Below, piece by piece: positions 1 to 9,902 of a DNA stretch of 64,000 bases (position 1 is its first letter; each line of letters begins with the position of its first letter). The notes under the pieces were generated by a model, which was given only the letters and a program-made list of their open reading frames with translations, did no database searches and was not told where the DNA came from. The stretch is from a virus (taxonomy: Duplodnaviria; Caudoviricetes), in the IMG/VR virus record IMGVR_UViG_3300010998_000005, positions 1 to 64,000 of that record; one strand, written 5' to 3'. Made by a program: the position numbers and the translations under genes.

Positions 1-136
1 TACAGCAGTCATTGTCTTCTTTGCTCGTTTTGCAAAGGCAACGTGTCGCTATATCACCGTAATATGCCATATACCGATATTCGTGTGCACATGGCACATG
101 ACGCTTTAGGTACTTCATTTTCTGTCTTCTGTTCAT
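1..136 (-). CDS. Small Cys-containing hypothetical protein, runs off the window edge; near-identical inverted paralog of 27681-27884
   Basis: Manual translation MNRRQKMKYLKRHVPCAHEYRYMAYYGDIATRCLCKTSKEDNDCC; reverse complement matches 27681-27816 with 4 mismatches. Confidence 0.7.
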   Translation of the reverse strand, partial: MNRRQKMKYLKRHVPCAHEYRYMAYYGDIATRCLCKTSKEDNDCC

Positions 137-273
137 TGTTTCCCTCTTTTGTTTGAATAATATGAGCAAGTGTCAGGATTGTAGGTTGGGCTTGGTTTAC
201 ACGAACTGATTATGCAATAGTCTCCACTACTATACCAATGCTTGCAGTTTAATAAACAGCATTTTGCAGCCAT
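133..273 (-). CDS. 46-aa Cys-rich protein, paralog of 28541-28678
   Basis: Manual translation MAAKCCLLNCKHWYSSGDYCIISSCKPSPTYNPDTCSYYSNKRGKQ; stop overlaps next ATG (ATGA). Confidence 0.65.
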   Translation of the reverse strand: MAAKCCLLNCKHWYSSGDYCIISSCKPSPTYNPDTCSYYSNKRGKQ

Positions 274-318
274 AATTTCATCTCCTATAACTTGAACCGA
301 CTTCAATTCGTTCCTTTG

Positions 319-585
319 TCATAATTGTTTTCTTTTAATCGTCTTAAAGTACACTTGGAAATCATCGTCCCAATTATTTGCTTTTGCCAACTCGGAACAA
401 ATAGGTCTTCCAAGTTTATCCCAACAATATGTGCCATGAGTTTCGTATAACGAGCATTTAGGACAAATCCAACGGTCTTTACCACCACCAAAATAGTTTT
501 TATATTTGCTTAGATGATGATTTACTCCATCTATTCGCAAACAAACTCTTTTATTCTTAAAATTTTTCATAATTTCCTTTGTCAT
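319..585 (-). CDS. Hypothetical protein
   Basis: 88-aa ORF on the local coding strand with A-rich leader; CxxC motif. Confidence 0.55.
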   Translation of the reverse strand: MTKEIMKNFKNKRVCLRIDGVNHHLSKYKNYFGGGKDRWICPKCSLYETHGTYCWDKLGRPICSELAKANNWDDDFQVYFKTIKRKQL

Positions 586-665
586 AAAATTTTTATTTCA
601 CCTCTCTAATTAAAGTTTTACGTTCTACAAAGTAACACTCGCAACTTTCAAGTTTGCCTTTCTTG

Positions 666-1187
666 TCAATCGTTATTGTCGTATTCTTTGTCGCGCTCAT
701 AATATTCTTTCTTTACATCTATGCCGTAGATTTCCCTGCCTATCTTTTCTTGCAGTTCAATATCCCGATAAGGATTGCAGTGTAACCCCTTGTGGCAGTA
801 GTGGCAAAGGCACATCATATTCCTTTCGTCCATTGCGTATTGCGGAAACCTATGTAAAGGTAGTACGTGATGAATTTCTGCCCTCCCCATCGGTATTTCC
901 CTGCCACATATCTCACAGCCTTTGTCAATCCTTGTTTTTGCCACGTGCTTGCGTAATGCCCTGTTATGGAAGATGCCACGCACCACATCACTGATACACC
1001 TTGGCTTTAGTCGTATGTTATGTGAAATATAGAAATGCCAATTACCCAAGTGCCAATGTCGGTAGCCGTATTTTCTTTCTTGTATTTTCCGTGCCTTGAA
1101 CATACGATTTCTCACGGCTTTTTTCCGTGCAGTCCAAATCTTGACTTCCGTATTATCTCCGTTGTTGTTTATTATTATGTCGTTCAT
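666..1187 (-). CDS. HNH endonuclease (Zn-binding type)
   Basis: CEICG...EIHHVLP...NMMCLCHYCHKGLH pattern. Confidence 0.8.
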   Translation of the reverse strand: MNDIIINNNGDNTEVKIWTARKKAVRNRMFKARKIQERKYGYRHWHLGNWHFYISHNIRLKPRCISDVVRGIFHNRALRKHVAKTRIDKGCEICGREIPMGRAEIHHVLPLHRFPQYAMDERNMMCLCHYCHKGLHCNPYRDIELQEKIGREIYGIDVKKEYYERDKEYDNND

Positions 1188-1190
1188 TGT

Positions 1191-1424
1191 TTAGCTTAGT
1201 TGTTTTAATTCGTTTAATAGCCATTCCTTGTATCGTTCCTTGTTGCCTTTCGCCTGTTGCGTTTGTTCGTATTCTTGAAAGCCTACCGCCCAAGATATAG
1301 ACGAAGGGTTGCAACAATGAAAAGAAGTATTCACGCTATAAAGCATTGCTTTCATTTCGATTATCTGTTCCCTTGTGAATGGGCAGTCCTTGTGTACTTT
1401 CTTTTGCGTTCTCGGTGAAGCCAT
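1191..1424 (-). CDS. Hypothetical protein
   Basis: 77-aa ORF tightly packed between neighbours. Confidence 0.55.
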   Translation of the reverse strand: MASPRTQKKVHKDCPFTREQIIEMKAMLYSVNTSFHCCNPSSISWAVGFQEYEQTQQAKGNKERYKEWLLNELKQLS

Positions 1425-1450
1425 AAAATATACCCTTTATTTTTTACAAA

Positions 1451-2230
1451 CTAATATGTTACCATACCAAGGTCGCCACAGACACTTTTTTTTAGTGTAT
1501 ATTTATTAGCATAAACCTTATAAAGATTATTCTTTGTAGCAAAGTTATAGCCTATAATATCGAGACCACAAACATTTGGCGCAAAAACTTGTTCGTAATT
1601 ATGTGTTTTTGTCGCCCAACCTTTTTTGATTGCGTACTGCATAGTATTGAAAGCAGTACGAATACAATTACCAGTTTCCTTTGCGATGCGTTTAAGGCTT
1701 AGTCCATATTCCTTGTACGTATCAAATCGGCTACCCAAAACACCTTGCCTAACGAGACGCTTCACTAACTTTCGTGCAGAGCGATATTCTTTTGCCCCTT
1801 TGGGGTTGCTTACACTTTGGAGCGTGCGTTTGATAAAGTCCTTGTGTGCTTGTATGATAAGAGCAAGGAAAGCTCTAAGGGAATAATATGTATCTTTGAA
1901 AGTATTGTGGCAGAATTTATCTACCTTAATATTTCTATCTTCGTTGTGTGAGCATAGTTTGGCAATAACGAGGTGTTGTCCGTTTTTGCCCTCAAAGCGT
2001 ACCCATCCCATTTGTTTAAGGATGGGCATATACTTGTTAAGGGTGGTAGCGGAAACGCCTGTCATTGTGTGTATCTTATTTATGGTATAGTTATGCAAGC
2101 AAGAGGAACGTCCAAACTTCCATTTAAGGTATAAGGCTAAAGCCAAGGCTTTCTGCAACCTCGGCTGACCTTTTGTTTCGTTTATGTATTTTCTTCTTAC
2201 TTGCATTGAAAAACTTATGTTTACACCCAT
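1451..2230 (-). CDS. Basic putative DNA-binding (HTH-like) protein
   Basis: 259 aa, Lys/Arg-rich; segments TINKIHTMTGVSATTLNKY and SLKRIAKETGNCIRTAF resemble helix-turn-helix motifs. Confidence 0.55.
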   Translation of the reverse strand: MGVNISFSMQVRRKYINETKGQPRLQKALALALYLKWKFGRSSCLHNYTINKIHTMTGVSATTLNKYMPILKQMGWVRFEGKNGQHLVIAKLCSHNEDRNIKVDKFCHNTFKDTYYSLRAFLALIIQAHKDFIKRTLQSVSNPKGAKEYRSARKLVKRLVRQGVLGSRFDTYKEYGLSLKRIAKETGNCIRTAFNTMQYAIKKGWATKTHNYEQVFAPNVCGLDIIGYNFATKNNLYKVYANKYTLKKSVCGDLGMVTY

Positions 2231-2415
2231 AGAAAAAGTTGCTCATTGGAAATCCTCCAACAAGCAACTCCTATGGGTTCGTCGTACAGTCGGAAGACTT
2301 GCTTTATGCAAGGTGGAACATTCCGCTTTCCGACGATTATAAGTGTAAACATTTCGTTATCTCAACGTCTATCCTTAATGTCTGCTTGCAGGTGTTCCAC
2401 TTCCATCAAGCATTG

Positions 2416-2447
2416 CAAAGTTACCAACATATTTTGTATTCTCCAAA
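2416..2447 (-). promoter_or_regulatory. Bacteroidota sigma-A-type promoter
   Basis: Minus strand TTTG-N20-TAACTTTG, upstream of the 2230 operon. Confidence 0.65.
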
Positions 2448-2467
2448 TAAATTTGCATTATTTAACA

Positions 2468-2884
2468 CTATTCCGTCATAAACACACTTGCGAGTTTGAC
2501 TTTTGGGGCATATCCTCCTTCAAGGAAATCAAGTATGCCGACAATTTCCTGCCCACGTTTGACGGAAAGCAGTTTCAGCGTGAAAGTCGGCTTGTTGCTA
2601 CCTTCCTTGTAAGCCCTGACAACATTTCCGTTGGCAATCTTAATGTCGTGATAGGAACGTGTGTCGCCTGCCGTAACGTAGCAAGCGTTGCCACGGAACA
2701 TTATGCCCATAGCATTGTCGGTTGCGCCAAGTGTAGATAGGTATTTTCCGTTATCCCACATTCCGATTATTACCCACGAACCATAGATGTCTTGTGTGGT
2801 GTAGGACTTATGTTTTGTCTGTGCAAGACAATCGTTGCAAGCCAAAGTAAGGCAAGCAAGCAGAATAAATAAAATCTTTTTCAT
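2468..2884 (-). CDS. Secreted or membrane-anchored protein
   Basis: N-terminal signal peptide MKKILFILLACLTLACNDCLAQ. Confidence 0.65.
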   Translation of the reverse strand: MKKILFILLACLTLACNDCLAQTKHKSYTTQDIYGSWVIIGMWDNGKYLSTLGATDNAMGIMFRGNACYVTAGDTRSYHDIKIANGNVVRAYKEGSNKPTFTLKLLSVKRGQEIVGILDFLEGGYAPKVKLASVFMTE

Positions 2885-2916
2885 TGTTGTTTTTGTTTTT
2901 AGTGAATGGGTTATTG

Positions 2917-3822
2917 TTAGAATAGTGTAGGTTGCTTTTGTTCTATCACATCTTTTAGTAAGTTCTTTCTTGTATAATACTTAGATTGCATTGTTGCAAA
3001 CATATCGGGTTGTATATTCTTTTCAAGATTGCTGCACGCATCAATATAGAAACGCTTGCTGACTTCCATGCCATAGGCTTTGCGTCCAAGTGATGCAGCA
3101 GCCACCAATGTACTACCACTTCCTGCGCAAGGGTCGATAACCACATCATCAGGGTCGGTAAACAATTCTACCAATCGTTTCAACAAAGGTATAGGCTTTT
3201 GTGTTTCATGGGTGCGTTCCATTCCTAAATCCCTTACCCAATCCATACAATTAAAAACCATTTGACCGTTGTTATTGAACTTTGGCAGTTTGTCACGATA
3301 GAGTATCAATCCATATTCGCAATTACCCACCACACGCATATTTGCTTTAAGCACTTGCGCTGAATAGTTTTTGCGGAATACAAGGTTTATGTAATGCTTG
3401 AAGCCGTAACGTTTCGCAAGTTCTATAAGGTAGAACTGTTGCATAAACTCGCAAAAGACTATCATACAAGGTGCGCTTGTTGAAGTTCTGCCCCCCCCAT
3501 TTTCTTTTGGTTCGGGTTTAAGCATTTGTGAAGCAAAGTGCATAAATTCAGCAGGCTTGAAATTCTCGTCAGTTACAAAGAATGTTTCGCCTGCTTTGTC
3601 GCTTTCTCCGTTCTTGTTATTGCCACCGATATACCAAGAAGGATTGCTACCATAAGCCTTGTCACCTAACGAATAAGGTATATCCGTAAGGATAAGTTGC
3701 GCTTTTGGTATGCCATAACGTTTGAAGTCTTGAAAAGAACTATTGAATAGTCCGACACGATTGTTGAGCATTCTAAATTCTGGATTCTCGACAGTTGCTA
3801 CGTCTTTTGTTGTCAGTTTCAT
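2917..3822 (-). CDS. DNA amino-methyltransferase (N6-A/N4-C, beta class)
   Basis: Motif IV LILTDIPY precedes motif I DPCAGSGST; HETQKP motif; C-terminus QPTLF. Confidence 0.9.
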   Translation of the reverse strand: MKLTTKDVATVENPEFRMLNNRVGLFNSSFQDFKRYGIPKAQLILTDIPYSLGDKAYGSNPSWYIGGNNKNGESDKAGETFFVTDENFKPAEFMHFASQMLKPEPKENGGGRTSTSAPCMIVFCEFMQQFYLIELAKRYGFKHYINLVFRKNYSAQVLKANMRVVGNCEYGLILYRDKLPKFNNNGQMVFNCMDWVRDLGMERTHETQKPIPLLKRLVELFTDPDDVVIDPCAGSGSTLVAAASLGRKAYGMEVSKRFYIDACSNLEKNIQPDMFATMQSKYYTRKNLLKDVIEQKQPTLF

Positions 3823-3850
3823 TGTTTCGTTGTTTTCGTGAATAATATTT

Positions 3851-4276
3851 TTAAAATTTTCCTTTCTGTTGTGGTATCATCTTGAATCCACCGTAAACAC
3901 AAAATAAGCCGAACAAAGCCATAATAGCATAAAGGCTTATAGTTATTCCGTCTGCCATACTAACGTGCGCTACAAGCCTACGGAACGGCAAATTAAGCGT
4001 TATTAGGTAAGCACACCTAAACGCATACTTGCAAAGTTCAAGTGCAAAGCACAAAATCCAAACAAGTAACACATCAAGCCAATCTATAAAGACTATATCT
4101 GAAAGAAAGAATGTGATAGGCAAATTGTAAAGCGTTTCATCCTCAACGTCAACTATCAGATTTTGGCTTATTACCGCATAAATGCTTTCTATATATCCGA
4201 CAAGTAATATGAATGCCAACACAAACGGAATAATCTTACCTAAACGGATAAGAATTTTTCTAAATAGATTTGCCAT
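3851..4276 (-). CDS. Integral membrane protein
   Basis: Several hydrophobic segments in 141 aa. Confidence 0.6.
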   Translation of the reverse strand: MANLFRKILIRLGKIIPFVLAFILLVGYIESIYAVISQNLIVDVEDETLYNLPITFFLSDIVFIDWLDVLLVWILCFALELCKYAFRCAYLITLNLPFRRLVAHVSMADGITISLYAIMALFGLFCVYGGFKMIPQQKGKF

Positions 4277-4431
4277 AATGTTTATGTTTTGCGTTTAACC
4301 CTAACTCTTAATAAGCCAGTGTTAGCAAGCATGGTGGGGTGTCCTATATTACCTACGTTGTTTTTTCTTGTTGTAGGTCTTAAAGATGCCCTCTGCTTTA
4401 CACGCAACTTTCCTCGCTTCGCCATAGGTCA

Positions 4432-4677
4432 CTAATCTAACTTTTTGTATTTGTTACTAACCCCACCCTCGTAAGCGATGAAGCCGTTGTCTAATACTTC
4501 TTGAACCCTAACTATCTCCGTAGTGTCAAGTTCTACATAGTCGCCAACCTTTATATCTCTTGGTATAAAGCATTCGCAAGTTTGGGTGTATTGAGCAACC
4601 TTTCCTTTATTAGGACACACTCCCTTGCCCATAACATCATAAGAAAAGTTCTTACATTCGTAGCAATAGTTCTTCAT
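4432..4677 (-). CDS. Small Cys-rich hypothetical protein
   Basis: CYECKNF...CP...CECF pattern common in phage accessory proteins. Confidence 0.55.
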   Translation of the reverse strand: MKNYCYECKNFSYDVMGKGVCPNKGKVAQYTQTCECFIPRDIKVGDYVELDTTEIVRVQEVLDNGFIAYEGGVSNKYKKLD

Positions 4678-4896
4678 ACCTTTATTTCCTCCATATATTC
4701 GTGCTTGTCACACTTTGGCTGGTAAGGATGTATCTTCCTTTCCTTAAAACACCTCTCGCCAAACTTGCAAGCAATGCACGTTGTCCTTTACCTTGTCAAT
4801 CATAAAATCCGTAATCATAGGTGAGGCATTGTTCTTACGCAACACCTCACCTACTTTCTGTATTACTTCTTCTTCCGCCATACAAATACAAATATT

Positions 4897-5535
4897 TCAC
4901 TTGTTAAGATACACTTGTTCTAATTGTTTGATAACATCACCACCAAAGGCATTTTTTGTAAGGTTAATAAACTCACGCATAGTCATTTCGCCCTTGTCTG
5001 GGTCAAGATTGTGCGCTCTTGCAAATTCATCACGACCAAACTTACAACTGCCCGTCAAAGTATGATGTAAGCCATAAAGTTCCTTATGTGAAACCTTTGT
5101 GTCGAGCGTAGGGTACTTGCTAATGGTGTCGGCAATACGCTCTTCAATAGGTATGTTCTCGTCATACTTCTCTTGTGCTGACTGCACAGCCTCTTTCAGC
5201 GTTTCACCATGCGCAAAATAACTCCCCACTTTCGCAATATAGCAAGGTACGAGTCCTACGTTGTAGCGTATGGTGTAGCCCTTGGCATAGTTGCGCTTAA
5301 CAGACTCTATTATAGTAGGAACACCATCCACCCTATACACAGTCTTACCATTAAGTTCTTTAACGCCGTTGCCGTTGCCGTAGCCGTTGCCGTAGCCGTC
5401 GCCGTCGCCGTAGCCGTCGCCGTTGCCGTAGCCGTAGCCGTCGCCGTCGCCGTCGCCGTTGCCGTAGCCGTTGCCGTAGCCTTCGCCGCAGCCCACGTCA
5501 AGAAAAACCTCAATCTTCTTCTTTAATAACTCCAT
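4897..5535 (-). CDS. Gly-rich (GYGNGDG) repeat phage protein
   Basis: Probable start MELLKKK at 5535; repeats GYGNG/GDGDG; C-terminal LHHTLTGSCKFGRDEF. Confidence 0.75.
   Translation of the reverse strand: MELLKKKIEVFLDVGCGEGYGNGYGNGDGDGDGYGYGNGDGYGDGDGYGNGYGNGNGVKELNGKTVYRVDGVPTIIESVKRNYAKGYTIRYNVGLVPCYIAKVGSYFAHGETLKEAVQSAQEKYDENIPIEERIADTISKYPTLDTKVSHKELYGLHHTLTGSCKFGRDEFARAHNLDPDKGEMTMREFINLTKNAFGGDVIKQLEQVYLNK
5366..5487. repeat. 6-bp tandem repeat (GCCGTN)n
   Basis: About 20 consecutive GCCGTT/GCCGTA/GCCGTC units encoding the G-x dipeptide repeat. Confidence 0.9.
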
Positions 5536-5819
5536 ACGCCCTGACCCTCCAAATTCTTGATTGCGACATCGGTGCAAGGTATAATTTGGCATACCCTGTT
5601 AAGTACCATACTCTGAACAAATGGTGACACTTGACCACCTTTAATACCATCATTGGCTATTTGTGATAAACAAGATGCACCTTTCCATCGCCATATGTTT
5701 CTTACATTTGTAATACTGACGGTTTCACCATTAACCTCATTAAGTGTTCCAAAGTACACACCTGCGTCATAACTACGCACAAGAACTTTTTTACCAATCA
5801 AATTTTCAATCGCTTTCAT
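5523..5819 (-). CDS. Small beta-barrel phage protein (DUF6948-like)
   Basis: KKVLVRSYDAGVYFGTL...RNIWRWKGASCLSQIANDG; as recalled, this family usually precedes Gly-repeat genes. Confidence 0.65.
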   Translation of the reverse strand: MKAIENLIGKKVLVRSYDAGVYFGTLNEVNGETVSITNVRNIWRWKGASCLSQIANDGIKGGQVSPFVQSMVLNRVCQIIPCTDVAIKNLEGQGVWSY

Positions 5820-5854
5820 GTTTTTTTTTATTTTTATAAGTTAAACAATAATTA

Positions 5855-6055
5855 CTAATCGTTTCGTGGAATACTAAGTATCATAAGCAGGAATATCACA
5901 GCCACCCAAGAAAGAAAACTTAAACACAATCCTGCCACTATGCCAAACACATAATCGTAGTAACGTGGATAGTTGTTGTATCTGCCACATGACACTACAA
6001 GATAAAAAGTCAATAGAAAGGCGCATATAGCACCGACAATCCAAAGTTCTGCCAT
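5855..6055 (-). CDS. Small two-TM membrane protein
   Basis: Two hydrophobic helices in 66 aa. Confidence 0.55.
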   Translation of the reverse strand: MAELWIVGAICAFLLTFYLVVSCGRYNNYPRYYDYVFGIVAGLCLSFLSWVAVIFLLMILSIPRND

Positions 6056-6103
6056 TGTTTTATTTTCTTTTGTTATTTAGTTTTCGTGAATAACTTTTTT
6101 TTG

Positions 6104-6190
6104 CGGAGGGTGAGGGATTTGAACCCCCGATACCGATTAAGGTATGCCTCGTTAGCAGTGAGGTGATTTCAGCCAATCATCCAACCCTCC
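6104..6190 (-). tRNA. trnS: tRNA-Ser(GCT)
   Basis: Minus strand GGAGGGT...ACCCTCC-G acceptor; anticodon loop CTGCTAA; long variable arm; T-loop TTCAAAT; CCA not encoded. Confidence 0.9.
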
Positions 6191-6286
6191 TTGATAAAAA
6201 GCCTACTGCCTTTCGCAAGTTTTCGGCTTAGAGAATTAACCTTAAATACTTAAACAAAATGAAAAAGCATATTACCTTATCATTTG

Positions 6287-6318
6287 CAAAGTTACGAAAT
6301 TATTTGTATATTGCCAAA
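6287..6318 (-). promoter_or_regulatory. Bacteroidota sigma-A-type promoter upstream of tRNA-Ser
   Basis: Minus strand TTTG-N20-TAACTTTG. Confidence 0.65.
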
Positions 6319-6331
6319 TCTTTAACATTCT

Positions 6332-6562
6332 TTATGTCTGCAAGAAATACTCGCATACACGTTTGTTGTTTGGTAATGTGACCATCTTTTTGCCGATATT
6401 GTAGCCTCGTTCTCGCAAATCCCAAATGCGACTTGCTAAACGGAAGCACCCGAAAAGGTTTAATGCTTCAAGGCTTGTAATCGAATAGCCTTTTTTCATG
6501 TACTCCGCAATCTTGTTGCACTGACTTTCACTTTCTTTCTTGTTCAAATTTACGTTTGCCAT
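6332..6562 (-). CDS. Winged helix-turn-helix protein (HTH_9-like)
   Basis: SITSLEALNLFGCFRLASRIWDLRERGYNI signature. Confidence 0.75.
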   Translation of the reverse strand: MANVNLNKKESESQCNKIAEYMKKGYSITSLEALNLFGCFRLASRIWDLRERGYNIGKKMVTLPNNKRVCEYFLQT

Positions 6563-6584
6563 AGTCGATACTTTGTTTTAATAG

Positions 6585-7987
6585 TCAATCCACCTTATAA
6601 AGATAACTCTTTGCCCCAGCCGTTGTCACAAATGTAACATCTGGATATGCTGCACCACCGCTGAATGTTGTGTGCTTGTCAAAGGTCTGTATATATGAGG
6701 CATTAGGCTTTATCTCCCCTTCCTCTACTTTCCACACAACACTCTCGTATGCCTTTCCCTTGCGAATAGTAAACGCAGATGCTAAAAGTTCTTTTGCTTT
6801 CATAGGTCATTTCAAATTTATATTGATTTGTACTTCAAACGCACGATGTGCCACCATGTTAATCTCACTAATCCAATATAAAGCATCGGACAGTTTTTCA
6901 AACATACGAGGTGCTTTTTCTTGTCCGTCTTTTGTGTAGTCCACACGGATATTGTAGCCACTTGTCGTTTTCTCTATTTTGGAAATGTTATAAACCAGTC
7001 CTCTCATCTTCTTGTTTGCCATAGCCTTATTCCTGCGTAATCTTTTTAAGTATTTTATTTAGTTTTTTTACCTCGCCATCAACAGCATTAGCAACTTGCG
7101 GATTATAACCACACATAACTGATGCTCTTTGGTAGTTGGATATTTGATTGATGATACACTCTCTAATAATATCTAATTCTAATTCGTTTAATGTTATTGT
7201 GTTCATAGTTTCTTATTTTTAGCGGTTTTCGTGCGTTCTAAGCGCATTTCTAATCAAAGGTGGATAGTTATTCCACAACGAAAAGAAAAGCCGTTAAAAA
7301 GCACTTTTTAATGTTTGTGAATAGTAATATGCTCAAATTCATTCCCCTAAGTCCGTCTCTTCGTAAGCCTCGATATATTCTCGGCATGTTTCGTAAAGTC
7401 TTTGTGCATATAGTTTCTCATTTGCGCTTATCTCTTCCTCATCTGTACCATAACTTTCTAATGCACCTACGCAATCGCACAAGTCTAAGTATGTGTTGTG
7501 AAATCTGCAATAACTCATATTCATAATTCTTTCCTCCTATATTATAATTTGTAAAATGTTACATTTGCTATCTCTACCCCAAGCACTTCTGCTTGAAACA
7601 AGAACGTAGCCATAGCCATAGCCACGTTGTCAGCAGGAAAAACCATGCTCCTTCCGTTAATTGTCGCCGTTGCCTTAATCATAGTCTTATCTGTTTTTGG
7701 TTTTTTGTTTTCTTCATTTCGCGCACCCATTTACGGGTTTCTTTGAGAATTAAATCCCAATCAACTACTGTGTGATTGATAATCCAAGACTCTTTGCCGT
7801 CATCATTTCTGTTGTCTTGAAATATCATACGAATATCCCACTCTTTTCGGTCAAAGCAATATAACTCAATCGGTGTTACATCGTTCCTCTTTTGTGCATA
7901 ACAATGCATCTTCCAATCACAATCAATCGCTGCGTCAAAGTTAAGTCCACAACACTTGTACTTAATATTTACAATTCTTTTTGCCAT
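6585..7987 (-). other. Cluster of small hypothetical genes (6585-6803, 6807-7022, 7339-7524, 7542-7730, 7679-7987)
   Basis: Closely packed 60-100-aa ORFs on the coding strand with A-rich leaders; no recognisable family. Confidence 0.5.
7234..7292 (+). repeat. Dispersed intergenic element, copy 1
   Basis: CGTTCTAAGCGCATTTCT-N8-GTGGATAGTTATTCCAC, followed by GCCGTTAAAAAGCAC. Confidence 0.65.
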
Positions 7988-7991
7988 GTTT

Positions 7992-8825
7992 TTATTTGTT
8001 TTTGTTTTCGTAATCACTCGCAATCCTTGCACTTCTTCGTAGGCTATTTATCATGTTTGCCAAACGTACCTGTAACTTGTAACTCTCAATATCGCCACTA
8101 AAATCCCAAGTACGGAAAAGTGCGCCCTCGCTATCCATTTCTTTGTAGTCGTGCATCATATTCAAGATACGCACACGATTTTCCTTGTGGGTGTTGATTT
8201 TATCCCATTCAGTCCATTCCGTTGGCTCACCCTTGCAGATGTCGCCAAACACACACTGCAAAATCTTCACGAAAGCACGTATCTCCCTTGAAGCAAGGTG
8301 TCGTGCGTTCTTTGTCATTCCTCTTTGTCTTGCCATTTCTATAAGTTCCTCCTTTGTATGTTTGTTTCTTGTTTCTATATATTTAGTACTACTTGCACCA
8401 AGTTTGCAACCTTGCGCTTTCTTTACTGCGAGTGCATCCTTTGTTCGTTTACTACACATTTCCCTTTCGTATTGCGCTACCGCAGCAAACACGCCAAGTA
8501 CCATAGAATTGACTACTGGCATATCTGTAAAGTGAATATCTATGCCAGTGTTGATAACCTTGAAAGTAAATTCCACGTCTCTTGCAAGTCGGTCGAGTTT
8601 CGCAATAACCAAACTGCAATCATTCTTCTTGCAATAGTCAATCGCTTGCCACAGACCCTTTCTGTCACGATGCGTACCACTTTCAACATCCATAAATTCA
8701 TGGACTTGCTTTCCTTTATTCTGTTTGATAAAGTTTTCGCACATTGTTCTTTGTGCAGAAATTCCCAAGCCTTGCGCACCTTGACGTTGCGTAGAAACAC
8801 GAAGATAAGTTACATATTGTTTCAT
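7992..8825 (-). CDS. Serine recombinase (resolvase/invertase family)
   Basis: YLRVSTQRQ catalytic motif; LVIAKLDRLAR; AQYEREMCSKRTKDAL. Confidence 0.9.
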   Translation of the reverse strand: MKQYVTYLRVSTQRQGAQGLGISAQRTMCENFIKQNKGKQVHEFMDVESGTHRDRKGLWQAIDYCKKNDCSLVIAKLDRLARDVEFTFKVINTGIDIHFTDMPVVNSMVLGVFAAVAQYEREMCSKRTKDALAVKKAQGCKLGASSTKYIETRNKHTKEELIEMARQRGMTKNARHLASREIRAFVKILQCVFGDICKGEPTEWTEWDKINTHKENRVRILNMMHDYKEMDSEGALFRTWDFSGDIESYKLQVRLANMINSLRRSARIASDYENKNK

Positions 8826-8830
8826 AATGT

Positions 8831-9040
8831 TTAAGATAATACAAATTTGTTATCAATCCACCTTTCACAGTTCTCATATCGGTTACTTTCGTACACCACA
8901 TCAAAGTCATCAATATGATACCCTTCTTCGCCATTGTGGTCAGCGTAGTAACCATCCTCGTCAAAGTCGGCGAGGTTGAAGATGTTGTATAGGTCGGTAT
9001 CTTCCTCCACAACAAACCATTGTTTTCTATCTTGTGACAT
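8831..9040 (-). CDS. Acidic hypothetical protein
   Basis: 69-aa Asp/Glu-rich ORF immediately upstream of the recombinase. Confidence 0.5.
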   Translation of the reverse strand: MSQDRKQWFVVEEDTDLYNIFNLADFDEDGYYADHNGEEGYHIDDFDVVYESNRYENCERWIDNKFVLS

Positions 9041-9218
9041 ATCTTACTCTTGTAAATTCTGTTAATACCACTTATTGTTAATTACTTCTTTTCGGTACGT
9101 TCCACTTCGGTAGTTCCGTTATCATACGTGTACACAACCTCAATATACGTTCCCTTGTCATGTGCATAAGCACCGATAATATTCGCCATAATTCGTTCCT
9201 CCTTATCTTTTTGGGGTT

Positions 9219-9545
9219 TCAAGGTAAATTTTCATCACAAATAGCCACCCTGTGACCTGCACGCACAAGTTTTGGTAGATAAGTGTCAAGTGCATGGCGG
9301 GGAAAACCTGTCATGCGATAACTCTTGACTGTGCCGCCGCTTGCCAAGACTATGCCGAGTGTGTTAGCACACACCTCTGCATCATCGCAATAGGTTTCGT
9401 AGAAGTCACCTGTGCGAAAGAGTATAACTGCGTCAGGATACTTCTTTTTGAGTTCTCTGTACTGCTTTGGTGCGTTGTTCATCTCGTTGTGTTCACTTGC
9501 AAGGTAGTTTGCAGGTGTGACAATCTCTTTTACTTCGTAGTTCAT
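9219..9545 (-). CDS. Stand-alone MutS domain I (mismatch-recognition domain)
   Basis: [24 protein letters not shown]...[28 protein letters not shown] matches the MutS N-terminal domain; ORF ends there. Confidence 0.85.
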   Translation of the reverse strand: MNYEVKEIVTPANYLASEHNEMNNAPKQYRELKKKYPDAVILFRTGDFYETYCDDAEVCANTLGIVLASGGTVKSYRMTGFPRHALDTYLPKLVRAGHRVAICDENLP

Positions 9546-9902
9546 AATTCTTTACTTTTAATTGGTTAATAATAATATTGTTGTCTTGTTCACTTTGTGG
9601 CGGTGACGAGTTCCATGCTCGTTACACTGGTCTAATACTGACACCGCCTAACCAACCAATATAAAACAAACAAAAATCAAAAATCCGTTACCTTGAAGCG
9701 TACATCGCACTTCGTTGAAAGTTCCGTAACAAGCATATCTGCATCTTGTTCGGTAGCGACATAGCAAAGGTTCTGCCATTTGTCGCCCACGTTAAACTTT
9801 ATTCTCATTACATTCGTCCTCCCATTTTGAAGATATCACCACTTAAAACTAAACCAATCAAACCAATTATCAAGATAATACTCATGTAGTCACCTCCTTT
9901 CC

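Noticed and set aside
5209-5526. ORFs with VAVAVA (plus) and ATATAT (minus) tracts
   Set aside because: Shadow frames of the 6-bp repeat in the Gly-rich gene.
9598-9651. tRNA-like hairpin GGCGGTG...CACCGCC
   Set aside because: Only 54 nt with no cloverleaf; at most a small intergenic stem-loop.
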